Shown here: piece by piece, positions 28,001-42,877 of the stretch | Layout of the letters: the number at the start of each line of letters is the position of its first letter | How positions within the stretch are numbered: position 1 is the stretch's first letter | Notes under the pieces: model-generated | The model's input: the letters and a program-made list of their open reading frames with translations, nothing else | The model's database searches: none | Told to the model about the DNA's origin: nothing | Translations under genes and position numbers: made by a program | Source: the human T2T-CHM13v2.0 reference genome, Homo sapiens | Assembly (NCBI RefSeq): GCF_009914755.1 | Contig: NC_060934.1 | Direction: 5' to 3' (one strand) | DNA length: 64,000 nt

Positions 28001-28583
28001 CCATTTGGGGTAGGACAAAGGAGAGAGAATGAGAAACAATCAGATAGAACCTATTTGACTTTTTTCATAAAATTGTTTCTATTTTGCAGTTTATGACCAA
28101 AGGAAAAAATATATATGTCCTTAATGTGTCTAGCAAGAAAATAAATCCAGTACAGAAATTTTTTAAACTTTCTGAAATCAGTTTCCAGAGGGTGATTTTA
28201 ACAAAGCAACAACAATAATAATAATAATAGTCCACTTAGTACCTTGAGGACCTAAATGAGCTAATACATGCAGAATGCTTTATTAAACTCTAAAACACCA
28301 TTAGAATGTGAAGGCATCTTACTAAGCCAGAGGCATGCCTTCTTCTTCAGCGTGCTTCGGTGTATACTAAGAAACAAGCAAAAGGTTTTTATGTTTTTCA
28401 AGAAAGTACACTGGCGTTTCTGCACAGGCAGTTTATATTTGTGTGTTTGTTTCCTGAACACAGAACTTCACTCTGACATGACTCTAGTGGTTAATTCCAA
28501 GTCACTCCCACACGGGTAGAAAATCACAGAGCACTGGCCTCCGTCTTTGGGTTTCATGAGCAGGTGACTGTGTCCGCGTATAG

Positions 28584-28796
28584 CAGCGGTTTTCAACCAG
28601 GAACAAATTTGTCCACGGGGACACAGCAAGATCTGGAGACATCTTTCATGGCCACAGCTTGGGGGTGGGGGTGCTACTGGCATGGAGTGGGCAGAGGCTA
28701 GGGGTGCTGCTAAACAACCTACTTTGCAAAGGGCACCCCCACAACATGGAGTTATCCAGTCCAAAGTGTCAATAGTGCCAAGATGAAGAAACCCTA
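28584..28796 (+). mobile_element. MER20 hAT-Charlie MITE
   Basis: cagcggttttcaacc...gtgctactggcat...gctgctaaaca...gtcaatagtgccaag...aaacccta. Confidence 0.88.
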
Positions 28797-30995
28797 TCTT
28801 AAAACATGAAGTTTTTTATTCCAGTCACCGGCCTCACAAAGAAGCAGAGCACAGGAGGATCAAACCTCACCTGAGAGCAGCCTGGTTCACTGTGCTGTGA
28901 CAGAGTAAGAGCCAAGAACAATGTTGTGGGGAAAAACAAACACGAAGATCAATAAGAGCCCTTCAGCTGACAGGTGTGACAAGCCAAGCCAGCCAGCAGG
29001 GAGTGAGAAGGCACCAACATTACTTAAGAGAGATGCCAGCTTCAGAGGAATAGATGTGCACAGGGAGCTTATTGTGGCCAAGAAGGCCCTCTGAGCCGGA
29101 GGGCACAGCATTCCCTGAGCTGGGGGAACAATCATTGGCATGTGGCACAAAGTGGAAGGGGGTGAGATGTCAAAAAGCCAAAATGGGGGCAGAGAGTGGA
29201 TATTCCCTTTTAATAGAGTATCTGATGCATTCGCAGGAAGAAGAGGAGACTATTTCAAAAGAAAGAAGTTACAGTCAGCGTAGCAAGTTCTGCATTTTAG
29301 GGCTAAAAATATTTCTTCTAGGAGAAGCTGCAAAGTTCATCAAAGGGGGAAGTTGTAGGCATGAAGTACTGTAGAGATACCTCAGCAGCTGTGGAATCTC
29401 AGCTGAATCTTGAAATAATAGTAAGTTTTACAAAGGAGAATGTTGAATGTGATCTTCAGTCACTCATTTGATAAATAACGTTTATCCATCTCCTGAGCCT
29501 CAATATCCTCATTTATAAGGTGGAGAGTGTTGGACGATTTGATTCAGAAAACCTGTTGTGAGCATCGACCTTATACAAAGGAGGTTATGAAGGATGCATA
29601 AACAAGTTAGACCCTCTCTCTGCACTTACCGGGCTTAAATCTACATGATCTTAAAGATCCCAGCTCCTAAAAGTCCCTGGGGAAGTAAAACTCCCTTATG
29701 ATTCTATGGTAAAACACTCTAGGCAATTTGGAATTCATTAGTTCAGATGTTTAGTCCTTAAGAAATTGGAAATCTAGAACTTGCAAAAAGGGGAAGAAAT
29801 GGCAATCCAAATCCAATAGTAATAGAGAGTGAAATAACGAATGTCGACCAACAGAAAGCAAAGAATAGGCTGTTATTGTTGCAAGAGTGATGTGCAAAGT
29901 GATGTGCAGACAGATCCCATTGTTAAGAGCTCAGACATTCAAGGTACTGCACCCAGCAGCCCTCAGTGAAATGTTCCCTTATGTAGCAAAAGGTCTGTGC
30001 AATCACCACACAGAATCGGATGGTTGGTCTGAAACTGTAATCACCTGTCAAGATGGAAAGGACTTATTTATTCTTTTAACTTTGGCTTTTGCCCTCTGAG
30101 CTGTAAGGTCTGTGTACTCTTCCAACTATTCCTAGAGCCTGAAAGCCAATGTCAGTGAAAAAGATAATGGGAATTTAGCATCAGAAATGAGTGAACGACG
30201 TTGGGAGCTCCTGTTTTTGTTAAAACAAGGTGAATCACAGGTGGTCCAGGAGACCTGCAGTCAATCCCCTTGATAGGCCTCTTAACACTCATCACAAGAT
30301 TGGTGAGTTTTCCCTTCTATGAGAGACAAATTGAAATAGTAAATTGTGACCATTGTCTAGATCTTAAGTAAGTCTCGCCAGGACCTGTGAATACCTTTCT
30401 CTGAAGTATAAATTTCTCATTATTCTACCAAAGACTTGTGACGTTTCTATGAGAAATCTTTGCCCCTAAATTGAGCCAGTTGTTTGCCAGGAAAAATAGA
30501 GCAGGACTTTTCTTTTAAGTGCCTTCAATGAAGTAATGAAGTTGTCTTTACGTCATGCTGGCCAGGAGCACCATAACCCTTTGTCCATTCTCTAAAAAGG
30601 TGAATCAGCCCAATTCTTCTGGGCCATGTAAAAAAATTGACCTGACTAGCAAAGGGCTGGAACCTTTGCAACTGTCTCTAGAAGTTCAATTATATAGTGT
30701 TTATTTAAAAAACAAAGAGCAGCAGAATAATCCTTTGCCAGTTCTCTAGGTTTCCTAGTGCCATGGAACTTCCTTCTCCTTGCATGTTTAAAAAGAAAAG
30801 AAAAAAAGTAAACTCACCTCCGGGAAGGAAGTCAGCTCTGATTTTATCAAGTGCCTGATACAAGAGATAAAAATTCAAAGCTTCTTTAGGCTGGGATTTC
30901 CAAAGGCCTGGGTCAGGGCCTTAACACCCTTGAACCTCCTCCCCTTTGCTCCATCATAGTGTCTGCACATAGAAGATGCAGAATGCATTGAGGGT

Positions 30996-31066
30996 TTTTT
31001 TTGTTTGGTTTGGTTTGGTTTGGTGTAGTTTGGTTTGGTGTGGTTTGGTGTGGTTTGGTTCGGTTT
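30996..31066. repeat. (TTTGG)n pentanucleotide repeat
   Basis: Seen directly. Confidence 0.95.
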
Positions 31067-31429
31067 TAATAATAGGAAATGTCTGGGGAAAGGGATGAAA
31101 GCCTGTAGAGAAAATAGTTGTCTGTTATCCATACTAGGTACATAGTGAAAAGCCATGAGATAACGTGTTATATGTGGAAAACTTCAAGTCTCTAGGAAGT
31201 GTCTAAAGAAGGATTGAGTGATGTGTCATGATTTCTAATGACAGTTGGTCAGATAATGATTTATTTCAATTGTAGATTTTAATATGTCTCTGTAAGACTC
31301 TTCTCCCAACCGGAGTAACACTAGAAGGCCTTTAAGGTTCCTTATAACTCTGGGATTTTATGGTTGTTCAAGGCCTGATAATTAATGTGAAGTTTACAGT
31401 GATGTTTAATGAAAGCGAATATGTTTTAA

Positions 31430-31780
31430 ATTCCATCTACAAATTATATAAATATTAAAACAAATACCAAGATAGAAGACTTAAAGACAGTCATATCAAA
31501 AATTATATTAAATGCAAATGGCTAAGCATTCTAGTTAAAAAGCAGAGATCATCAAGTGGATTTAAAAAAATAAATTACATGTTGATGACAAGAAACATAT
31601 TTCAATTACGTCTAAGTTTGAAAATATGTTACGCAAACACTAAGCATTAGAAAGCTGGTGTGGCTATATTAATATCATATAAAGTAGACTTTAAAAAAAC
31701 AGTATTGGCAGACATAAAGAAGAACATTTCTTACTGCTAAGAGAATCAACTCTTCAAGATCAAATGAAAGCTCTCACTGA
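31430..31780 (+). mobile_element. Old L1M fragment (start of ORF2 / endonuclease region)
   Basis: attaaatgcaaatggctaa...agaaagctggtgtggctatattaatatcatataaagtagactt. Confidence 0.7.
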
Positions 31781-32025
31781 AGCAAGATGACTGAGTGGGA
31801 ACTCTTCAGTGAATTCCAAAGCAAACAGCATTTTTAAGCACAATGCATTAGAACGAATATATATTCAATTGCTTAATCTTGAAAGTGAATTTGCACTGTC
31901 TGTAATTCTTATATGACTAGACGACATATTGTCTTGGTAACAAGGAATTCTTTCAACAAAAGAGTATAAATAAGCAAAGAATGTTTTTTAGTTCATTTCA
32001 CTCTGAATGTGACCCCTATGATAGA

Positions 32026-32902
32026 TATAAACCAAAAATAAAATTTTAAGTCCCACGACCAACTGAGTGGACCCCCCCCTTTTAGCCAGAGGACCCAACT
32101 AAACCTGGAAAACTAGTTCAGATCATGCCAGGAAGAAGAGTGGTCAGACATACCTCAATTACTCTCTTCCCTTGTGGTTAAGACACACAACTGACCAGCA
32201 TTAACATTAAAACACAGGTCCTAAAACTGACAGAACAGACTTTTTGTAACAATAAGATACCAAATTCCAACCTGACTCTAGTATAGCATCACATGATAGT
32301 GGGACCTTGAAAGAAACCAAAGTATTTTACTCCAAAATATATTTCTTTGACATATTTTGAAATGGCCCTGCCAAGCTGTTTCTTGTGGAGGAAATTTACA
32401 TTCTGTAGAGAATCCCCGTTCCTTACCAGGCCCTTTTCTAATCCTGAGGAGATTAGCTGAGAGCCTAGCACTTTTTAAAGGTCTGAATAGGAAACACTTG
32501 CTATCTATTGCCTCTGGGCGTGGCCACCTTTGAGAATTCATCTACATAATAAGAACCCTGATCTCCACAACTCCTTATTTTAACCCAGACACTTCTTTCT
32601 ATTGATTCCAGGTCTTTAGATAATAACTCTTTTGACCAATTGCCAATCAGAAAATCTTTGAATCTGCCTATGACCTGTAACCTCCCCCCAACCCCCGCTT
32701 TGAGTTGTCCCACCTCATTTGTATTGATTGATGTCTTAGGTTTCTCTAAAATATATAAAATAAGGCTATAACACAATTGCCTTTGGCACATGTTCTCAGG
32801 ACCTCCTGAGGCTGAGGCTGTGTTACAGGTTGTGATCCATAACCTTGGCAAAATAAACTTCTAAATTGATTGAGATCTGTCTCAGACACTTTTTGGTTTA
32901 CA
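32026..32902 (+). mobile_element. MER4D/E-type solo LTR (ERV1)
   Basis: Termini tataaaccaaaaataaaa ... ttttggtttaca, 4-bp TSD taga/taga, AATAAA near the 3' end. Confidence 0.88.
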
Positions 32903-33569
32903 TAGAGAAGTAAATAATTCAAATGAATGAACTATTGCTCATCTCAGAAGGAAGACTTTGATTTAGTCTCTGTGTGTGGTAGAGGAGATGGGTTCTCCCT
33001 GCAGTCTAGAGATACTTAAAGAGGCAGAAAATATCAGAGAGAAAGAATTCCCTCTCCCTAATCCAAACATGGAAGATGAGAATAAGCAGAATGCACTTAG
33101 GGGATTGCTCAAATCTGATATTTTCCAGCCTAATTTATATGATTTTATGGAGGATTAATAGACATTTTTCTCAAAAAAAGAAAGTTAATGAAGTTTTCTA
33201 GAACAACAACAAAACCCAGAGTAGCTAAGGTAGAAAAGAATGCAGCCCAGGAGGAGATTCTAATAGACCCACACAGGCAGGACAAGTGAGAGCTCAGGAC
33301 AGAGAATGCAGAAGCAGAAGAGAGAGATGGAACCTTAGAGCTAAGGAGAAAGCAGAGAAAGTGAAAGTGTCAGAAGGTGAAAGAGGTTCTAAGAGAGAAA
33401 AGGCTAGTCATGGTCAAAGTTAGGCAGGGAGCATGAGACCACAGTCTGACCACATTTACAAGAAACTTCAAAGCCTTCACCAGCTCAGGATTGATGAGGA
33501 AAATAAAGGAGTGGTATGACCCAGTGGAAAAAAAACCCAGACTGACACCTAAACCCAAGTGTCACCAGG

Positions 33570-34025
33570 TATATTGGCTTCCTGTGACTATTGTAACAAA
33601 TGACCACAAACTGGTTTAAGACAACAGAAATATATTCTGTCCTAGTTCTGGAGGCCAGAAGTCCCAAATCAATGTATTGGTAACCTTGGTTCCATTTGGA
33701 GGTGGAATCCATTCCATACCTCTCTCCTAACGTCTGAAGGCTGTCAGCAATCTTTGGCGTTCTTTCCTTTACAAATGTACCTCCCTAATCTCTGCCTTTA
33801 TCTTCATATGGTCCTCTTCTCTGTCCCTCTGTATTGCAAATATTCCTCTCCCATCTCTTATAAGGATGCCAGGCATTGGGTTCAAGGCCCACCCGAAATC
33901 TAAGATGATCTCATTTTGAGATCCTTATTTTAATTATATCTGCAAAGACCCTTTTTCAGAATAAGATCATAATTCGAAATTCCATGAATTTGGATGGTTG
34001 AGGGGATATTATTCAATCCACCATA
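33570..34025 (-). mobile_element. MLT1C-like MaLR solo LTR
   Basis: tattggcttcctgtgactattgtaacaaatgaccacaaactgg...tctggaggccagaagtcc...attcaatccaccata. Confidence 0.8.
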
Positions 34026-34072
34026 CCAATTAACTCCAAGGTGAAAGGAATTGATCCAAACTACATTACACT

Positions 34073-34207
34073 CCAGGGGTCTCAAATTTGAAGGTGCATG
34101 TGATCATCTGGGGATTCAGCAGCTCTGGGAGGTAGCTGACAATCTGCACTTCTACAGGTTCTCAGGATGCCAGTGCTTCTGGTCTGGACCATACCGAGTA
34201 GCAAAGA
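34073..34207. mobile_element. MER5-like hAT relic
   Basis: caggggtctcaaattt...gatcatctggg...aatctgcacttct...ggaccatac...gagtagcaaag. Confidence 0.6.
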
Positions 34208-35105
34208 TTTAGTTGTCTATGTGGAAAGGTATACAATTAGTTGGCTTTGCTTAACATAACTCCCAGTAGAGCTGGTATGGCCACAGAGTGTTTGGAAAAC
34301 AATTTAAAATGCTTATGGGTGAAAAGTAAGAAATAAAGATAAATCTGAGTGTGAGCCAAACTGTTTTCCCTGGGTGAGAAACAGCAGGTGGGGAGACAGC
34401 TGTGTGATCTCTGCTGTGCCCTTCAATCTTCCTAAAAATTACTAGACTGACACACACCTTTTGCTAGTGAGTCACATGGAAAGCTTGAAAGCACAGAGTT
34501 TTGAGACCAGATTGGTGTAGAGAGGAACAAATGTCTATGAGGCAAAAGTCCCTGAGAGTTTGCAGAAATTGAGAGAGAGGAGGTATTAGGGCTCATGTGA
34601 TTTGTGATATTGAAGGCTTAAACCTTTAATAAGTAAAAGAAATATCTGAGAAGGAGGAAAGCATCTGCGGTATCTAGGTAATATCTGCTAAGATCCCACA
34701 GAAATGGCCCTCTGTGTGGCAGAATATAGGCAATTCTGCCTCTAGCTTCATCACAGTTTAGAGTCTTTTATCTGTAAGTCAGAAAAGAGGTAGCATGAAA
34801 ACATGGACTTTAAGTAGTCATTTGAAAGAATGGACTTTGTAGTGGACAGTGTAGCTTGAGTCTCAATATTACAAAATATTTCAAAATCAATATCCCATCT
34901 CAATTATCAGAAGGGATATTGCAGTCACCTAGCCAATTTTTAGACTTGGTTCAATCCAAGAAATCTTACAAAATTAATTTTCCTTCTTAAAATAAAGCAC
35001 TTTTCACAGAGAAGGTTGTGGGGTAGGGAAATGAGGGGTTGATTGTCGAAATGATAATACTAAAGGCCTCATTTTACTCTGGCGATGTTGAACTTCAACT
35101 GAGCT

Positions 35106-35722
35106 TGTTATCCTGGAAAATGGTGACAATTAAGAAAGCTACTCCCCCTGCCCAATTCCCTTATGCTCTGGAACTGGCCTACTGCAGGGAACCATCCTTC
35201 CCCATATGACTTAGGCAAAAATCATGGATGACCCCCTTGTTCACCCATGGCAAAGCCAGGCAGACACCCTGCAGATTTTCATTCTTTGGCCCCGTAAATG
35301 ATTAGCTGAACTGTCTGTGATCAATCCAGACAAAATCTTTGCAAACCAATCTTTGGTGAAGATTCTCTCCTTGCCCCAGATCCCTGAATTTTGACCTCCT
35401 CTTAGCCTGAGCCAGCACACATCTCCCCACTAATGGACTCTCCCAAGGAATAGACTGACCTCTGGGTAAGACATTCTGTGATCCACTGACCAATTATGTC
35501 AGCCTTACATCCCCCTTCCCACACTTGGCTCTTTCCAGATTTGCTTACTCCTCCCTAGGAAAGGAAAGCCCTTTACTGGCTGACCTTGGAGATGCTTGTA
35601 GATGTCGTGGTCAGAGCATTTTCTCTATTGCAATGGTCCCCTGATCCTCCTGTTATGCCCTTTGCTGTAATCCTTCCAATAAAGTTTCTCCTTATACAGA
35701 TCCGGATTTTTTTTTTTTTCAC
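35106..35722 (+). mobile_element. ERV1 solo LTR (MER67/MER31-like)
   Basis: tgt...aca termini, tctctattgcaat, ccttccaataaagtttctcctta near the 3' end. Confidence 0.6.
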
Positions 35723-36159
35723 AGCAAGAGAAATAAAGGGAAACTTGTGCATGGGTCATTGTTTCCCTAATGATTTTGAGTTAGTTAAGTCAGTGCAATC
35801 TTTCTCCCCCTGGGTTCCTGAAATGAGCCTTTGATCCTAATCCAAGAGCCCCCTGAGGTTAGCGGTGGCAAAGTCAAGAGAGCATGGAGCTGGAAGGCAG
35901 GACACCTGGTCTGTGTTCCCACATCCACCAATTACAAGAAACTGTGTGGCTGTGGGCAAGTCCCAAGGCATCCGGGACCTCAGCAGTAATAATACCTTAA
36001 AGAAAATCTTGAGTCTTTTCTTTCAGTTCTGACAGCTGTAACGTTGGGATTGACTGGAGTTTTCTGACCAGTAATACCCTGAACTCTAACAGCAGTTTTG
36101 GTCCGAATCTTTCACCTAGAGTCATATCAATAAGTTCTGCTGCTGTTTAACTGTTCTCT

Positions 36160-36227
36160 GTGTGGTGGTGTGTGCATGAGTGTGTGTGTGTGTGTGTGTG
36201 TGTGTGTCTTTGCCTATGTGTGTATGT
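36160..36227. repeat. (TG)n
   Basis: Seen directly. Confidence 0.9.
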
Positions 36228-38505
36228 GATGGCCTTAGGAGACCGGAAGTGTCTATGGTGTTCTGAACGGTGCATTTGATTTTCCTTCTTCCAGCCAAAG
36301 CCTTCAGCTAAGTCGATTTGCTTTCTTCTGGCTCCTTTGCTTATGGTGATGAATAGATATGGGTGTGTTACATAACCATATCCACTATTAATGTGGATCT
36401 ATAGTGAAGTTCTCTATGATTTTCCCAGTGTGCTTAGTGTGTGAGAAGCTTCTATTTTTCTTATTTACATCCCAACATTGTCCACAAAGTGTCTACACAT
36501 ATTTCAGTGAAATGTCAGAGCAAAAGCCTCTTTTAAGCAAAAGAGATAAAATGACCAGGCCAACTAGTTTTTAAAATGTAGGTTTTCCAGTTTAATTTAA
36601 TGTAATTTATTTTTTAGTACAGGAACCTTCAGACAAACAAATTCATCTGTTGGGGCCTGTCAGGATCACAGAACAGAAGACAGTATCACCTCTTTGCCTA
36701 TGAGGCACAAGTCTCTGAGAGTTTGCAGGTATTTGGAGAGAGGAGGGGCCCATTGCATCAGGGGCCCATTACAATAGAGAAAATTGGGACAGGGTTGAAG
36801 GGTGGGAATAGTCCTCATCTTGCCTCTCACACCCTCCATGGCTCCCAAGGGGCCACCATAGTGTGACCATTGCTGCTCTAGGCCAGTCACTCATTTTGGC
36901 AGGGAAGCTGAAACTCAGACAAAGTTTCTCATCCATGGCCATGCAGCCGGTGAGGACAGGGCTGGGGTTCTCGGCCTTGGACAACCTCCCTCCCTCCAAG
37001 GAACTCCCACCTTCGCTCAGCTCACCTTTGTCACATGGTCCCCCCACCCCCCGCCCTACTGGAAATTAGTAAAATAGTAGTTATTTCCAGGGATGTTTTC
37101 CTTATGTGGGCTCCCAACCTCATTCCCTTTTGGACTGAATTATTCTGGAAGGAAAGAATGAAGGGAGGGAGGGAGGGAGGGAGAGAGGCAAGAAAGCCAA
37201 TCAGTCAGCCAAAAATTCAGCTATCTGTGGCTCCCGAACATTTTTAAGTTAAGAAATATGACAGTGGTGCTTGCTATCTGCTGATTGACATTATACATTA
37301 TTTATTTTAGGGCAGAGCAGTCAGTTTTAAAACTGGAGTTTTGTTTTAGAGAAAATAAATCCTGTTTCAAAATTATCATGACCTGTCCAAAAAATACCAG
37401 AGCCTAGATATGTAAGAATCTGAATACAAATTTGAGCTCTAAATGACATCATTAGTAGTGTAACCCTGCAGGCCACCATTAATTGGTGGCAAGACATACA
37501 TCACTGACAGGAGATTATGAAGTGAAGAAAAGGCAAATATTTTGCAGCCCAGTGGATTAAAGAAATCTATCAGGCTGATGTAATGCTGTGCTCAAGAGAG
37601 ATCAGAAGCCCTAACTATTTAAGCTTCTCGTATTTGGCTCAAATGTGCTGGTTTTACAAAATGGTCACACAAAATTCACTATTGCTTCCAAAACCCGATT
37701 CTCCATCAGCTTCTTGGTGCTTCCTGCTTCCCATGTAGTTAGTTTGGGACCTTGGAACCAGTGTCAGCCAATGGGCTCTCACAGGAAATGGCAGGTGTTA
37801 CTTCCGATCTGAGGCATTGAAGAGCATGAGTCTCCGTGCCCTCTCTTCCTGAGGTGCTCTGGAAGTTCTGCGTAAGTGAAGACCACAGAGATAAAGTGCC
37901 ATTAGGGTTCAATCTATCAACATGACTTCTCACTGTAGATGTTGATGTGGTTTGCCTGGCTGAGAAATGTTTATCAGGTTCCTCAACAGTTGAGTTACTT
38001 AGGTTACTGTTTTTCTCCCTCCCTTTCCATGTTCTGTGCTTTGAAAGGAAATCACTAGATTCCGTCCACAATTAAGGACTGAGCAGTTTTATTTCTCAAA
38101 GGTGGAGCAACCACATAAATTACTTGGAGTTCTTCTTCATGGGAAATTTCTCTCTTCTCCCTCAATTATTTATTAATTCAATCATTTATTTGTGTCAGTA
38201 TAGACTTGTGAATATTTATGTAATACTTTGGGCTATAATCTAATACTGTCTTATTTATGTAGCTAGTTTTGCTAAAATTCTTAGCTTTAGCCATTGAGAG
38301 CTCTTTCAGTTGGCTTCTGTGTCCCTTTGACATACCCCTTAATTGTGGGGTGTTTTGTTTGTTTTTGAGCTTTTCCCTACATTTTGGCATGATAAGAGAT
38401 GTTCCAGGCTCATCTCGTCTATTTACTGCCTCAGTCCTACCATCAGCATTTCTCCATGGAGCCCTGGTTCCTTTAATTGAAGAATAGTTTTAGAATCCAA
38501 GATCT

Positions 38506-39186
<681 letters not shown>

Positions 39187-39310
39187 ACATGCTTGTTGCT
39201 ACTGAGGTATCATTGCTTCTAGACTCTGTCAGCTAACAGAGCAGGGAAACATCTACATGTATGTAACCCATGAGTATATACATATAGTATCTATAATATT
39301 TCTATGTAAT

Positions 39311-40460
39311 GCTTCTTTAGTTTTAATTGTTTGGTTTTAAAAAATAACTTGCTGAAATGGATGTTTAAATTCTTGATTTTAAAACTTTATTTTTTTAATG
39401 TCTGTATTAAGGGTTATGAAATCTCTAAGCATACCATTAGCTGTATCCTACACATTTTATATGCATGTTTAATTACTATACCATACAAAATACTTTATAA
39501 TTTTTATTGTGATTTCTTCTGTGACCCATGGGCTATTTAGAATTACATTTTTCAATTTTCTAATGTATGCAGCTTTTATAGTTATGTATTTTATAATTAA
39601 TTTATAGTTTTATAGCTTAATTGTATTAAATTGTATTATACTCAGAGAACATACTCAATGATTGCAATCATTTGAAATTGTTAGATATTTGCTTTATGAT
39701 ACAACTTATTGTCAATTTTGGTAAACATTTTGTGTGTGCTTGAAAACAAATATGCATTCTGTGGTTCTTCAATGCAGTGTTCTATGTGTGCATATTAATC
39801 TTGTTTTCCAAAGATGTTATTGAAATATTCTAAATTCTTACTGAATTTTTATCTGCTTGTTCTATTTGTTATCAACAGTTATATTAATTTCTCTCTTGTA
39901 AGGGTGGGCTTGTCTTTTTCTCTGTGGCTCTGTCAAGTTTTGCATTATATTTTGTGAGACTGTGCTATTAGGTATATGCAAATTGTGAATAGTTATAGCT
40001 TCCTGATGAATTGAAGCATAATATTACAAAATGTCTTTTTTGTCATTTGTAATGCTTTTTGGTCTTAAAGTTTGCCTTATCTGATATGAATATAGTTTTC
40101 TTTTTATAGTGTTTGAATTGCATATCTTTTATTTTCATTCTTTTCGTCAACTTATATTTTGTTTGTTCACACATTTTTATATTTCATTTGCTTACCCATT
40201 ACTGAGCTTTTCTCCTTTCCTATTCTGACAGTATTTTTCTTTTAATCGGGTCATTTACCCATTTATATAAAATATATTTAGGTTTAACCCTACCATCTTA
40301 TTCAATGCTATTTGTCCTGTCTGTTTTATGTTCTCTTTTCTCTCCTTTCTCACTTTCTTTTAGATTAATTGGGAATTTTTATTATTCCATCTTCCCCCTT
40401 TTTAGCTTCCATATTACACACCTTTAAACAATTCTTTTAATGTATATCCTAGAATTACAG
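39311..40460 (-). mobile_element. Very old L1M ORF2 fragment
   Basis: T-rich L1-like text, e.g. tgtgtgtgcttgaaaacaaatatgcattctgtgg, gtgctattaggtatatgcaaatt. Confidence 0.6.
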
Positions 40461-41589
40461 ACCGTGGGACAAATTCAGCCCATCACCTGTTCTTGTATGG
40501 CCTATAAGAATATCTCATGGCATCTGAAAATTTAATTAAATTCAAACGTCATTGCTTATAAGTAAAGTTTTATTAGAACTTTTGTTGTCTTTTACAACTG
40601 CATAATCTGTATATATCAAAGATTTTCCAGAACAGGAAACTAAAGCACAATATAGAAAATAATTGAATAGAAATTATAAAAATTCTGATAGGCTTGTACA
40701 AATCCTAATTTCAGATATTTCTATTAATCAAATGATCTTTGTTGTTCCATTGATCACCCTTATAATAAATGATGTTATGCATTATACATTATACATTAAA
40801 TATTGCATACTAATTATGTTACTTTAATACATAAACATGTGCCAAAAAACTCCACTTTAGTTTTTGAGTTTCAGGAGATTAATTTTGAAAATAGGATTTA
40901 CATGCTCAAAAGTATGCAAATGAATAGATGAATCTAACCAACTAACTTGAGCTAAAGAAAAAAAATGATGTTGATTTCATATGTTAGCACTCCAAATAAC
41001 CCATGAACACTGTATTGTAAGCCTTCCTGGGCCTTAACCCAAAACAAACATGGATACGAATTTCAAGATAATTTGGGGTGTATTCAGCAATCCTTAAAGC
41101 AGAGTAACTTGTGGGTCAGATACACTTTGCCTTTACATTGTGTTAAGTCTTCCTGTGTTTGTTGCCAGCATGTTTAAATTGGGATGTTTTATATGGAACA
41201 AAATCTACATTTCTGCCTTCTCTTAGAACACGGGCAGAAGTGAGCCAGCATATCTCACATAGCAATACTGGGTTGAAGCTTAGTAGATGTTGTCCTCTGT
41301 ATTGGGTCTTAGGGCTGCCATAGCAAAGTACCACAAACTGGGTGGTTTAAATAACAGAAATGTATCATCTCAGCTCTGGAGGCTAGAAGTCCCAGATCAA
41401 CACGTTGGCAGAGCTGGTTCCTCCCGCTGGCTGTGAGGGAGAATCTGGTCTATGCCTCTCTCCTAGCTTCTGATGCTTTCCTGGCAATCCTTGGAATTCC
41501 TTGGCTTGTAGTTGCATCCCGTCAACCTTTGCATTCATGGTTCACCTGGCATTATCCCTGTGTGCATGCCTGTGTCCACATGTCCCCCT

Positions 41590-41896
41590 TTTATTTTATT
41601 TTTTATTTATTTTTGAGATGGAGTCTCACTCTGTTGTCCAGGCTGGAGTGCATCGGTGCAGTCTCGGCTCACTGCACCCTCCACCTCCTGGGTTCAAGTG
41701 ATTCTTCTGCCTCAACCTCCTGAGTAGGTGGGATTGTAGGCATGTGCCACCATGCCTGGCTAATTTTTGTATTCTTAGTAGAGACAGGGTTTCCCCATGT
41801 TGGCCAGGCTGGTCTCGGACTCCTGACTTCAAGTGATCTGCCTGCTTTGGCCTCCCAAAGTGCGGGAATTAGAGGCGTGAACCACCTTGCCTGGCC
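41590..41896 (-). mobile_element. AluS
   Basis: Full dimer, TSD acat(g/t)tcccc. Confidence 0.92.
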
Positions 41897-42001
41897 TACA
41901 TTTCCCCTTTTTATAAGGACACCAGTCATATTGGCTAAGGAGTCCACCCCCCTCTACCATGACCTCATCATAAGTAATTACATTTGCAACAACCCTATTT
42001 T

Positions 42002-42877
42002 CTTTTTTTTTATTTTTTTATTTTTTATTTTTATTTTTTATTATTATACTTTAAGTTTTAGGGTACATGTGCACAATGTGCAAGTTTGTTACATATGTAT
42101 ACATGTGCCATGTTGGTGTGCTGCACCCATTAACTCGTCATTTAGCATTAGGTATATCTCCTAATGCTATCCCTCCCCCCTCCCCCCACCCCACAACAGT
42201 CCCCGGTGTGTGATGTTCCCCTTCCTGTGTCCATATCTTCTCATTGTTCAATTCCCACCTATGAGTGAGAACATGCGGTGTTTGGTTTTTTTGTCCTTGC
42301 GATAGTTTGCTGAGAATGATGGTTTCCAGTTTCATCCATGTCCCTGCAAAGGACATGAACTCTTCATTTTTTATGGCTGCATAGTATTCCATGGTGTATA
42401 TGTGCCACATTTTCTTAATCCAGTCTATCGTTGTTGGACATTTGGGTTGGTTGCAAGTCTTTGCTATTGTGAATAGTGCCGCAATAAACATACGTGTGCA
42501 TGTGTCTTTACAGCAGCATGATTTATAATCCTTTGGGTATATACCCAGTAATGGGATGGCTGGGTCAAATGGTATTTCTAGTTCTAGATCCCTGAGGAAT
42601 CGCCACACTGATTTCCACAATGGTTGAACTAGTTTACAGTCCCACCAACAGTGTAAAAGTGTTCCTATTTCTCCACATCCTCTCTAGCACCTGTTGTTTC
42701 CTGACTTTTTAATGATCGCCATTCTAACTGGTGTGAGATGGTATCTCATTGTGGTTTTGATTTGCATTTCTCTGATGGCCAGTGATGAGGAGCATTTTTT
42801 CATGTGTTTTTTTGGCTGCATAAATGTCTTCTTTTGAGAAGTGTCTGTTCATATCCTTTGCCCACTTTTTGATGGGG
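42002..42877 (-). mobile_element. 5'-truncated L1PA3/PA4
   Basis: Perfect 17-bp TSD tgcaacaaccctatttt (41985-42001 / 42878-42894); ORF2 C-terminus WRFLRDLELEIPFDPAIPLLGIYP...; lacks the L1HS-Ta ACA diagnostic. Confidence 0.95.

Noticed and set aside
36242-36251. Perfect ETS motif accggaagtg next to (TG)n
   Set aside because: Single motif with no CpG island or other promoter features.
42138-42620. 160-aa ORF
   Set aside because: C-terminus of L1 ORF2 in a 5'-truncated, frameshifted copy; not a gene.
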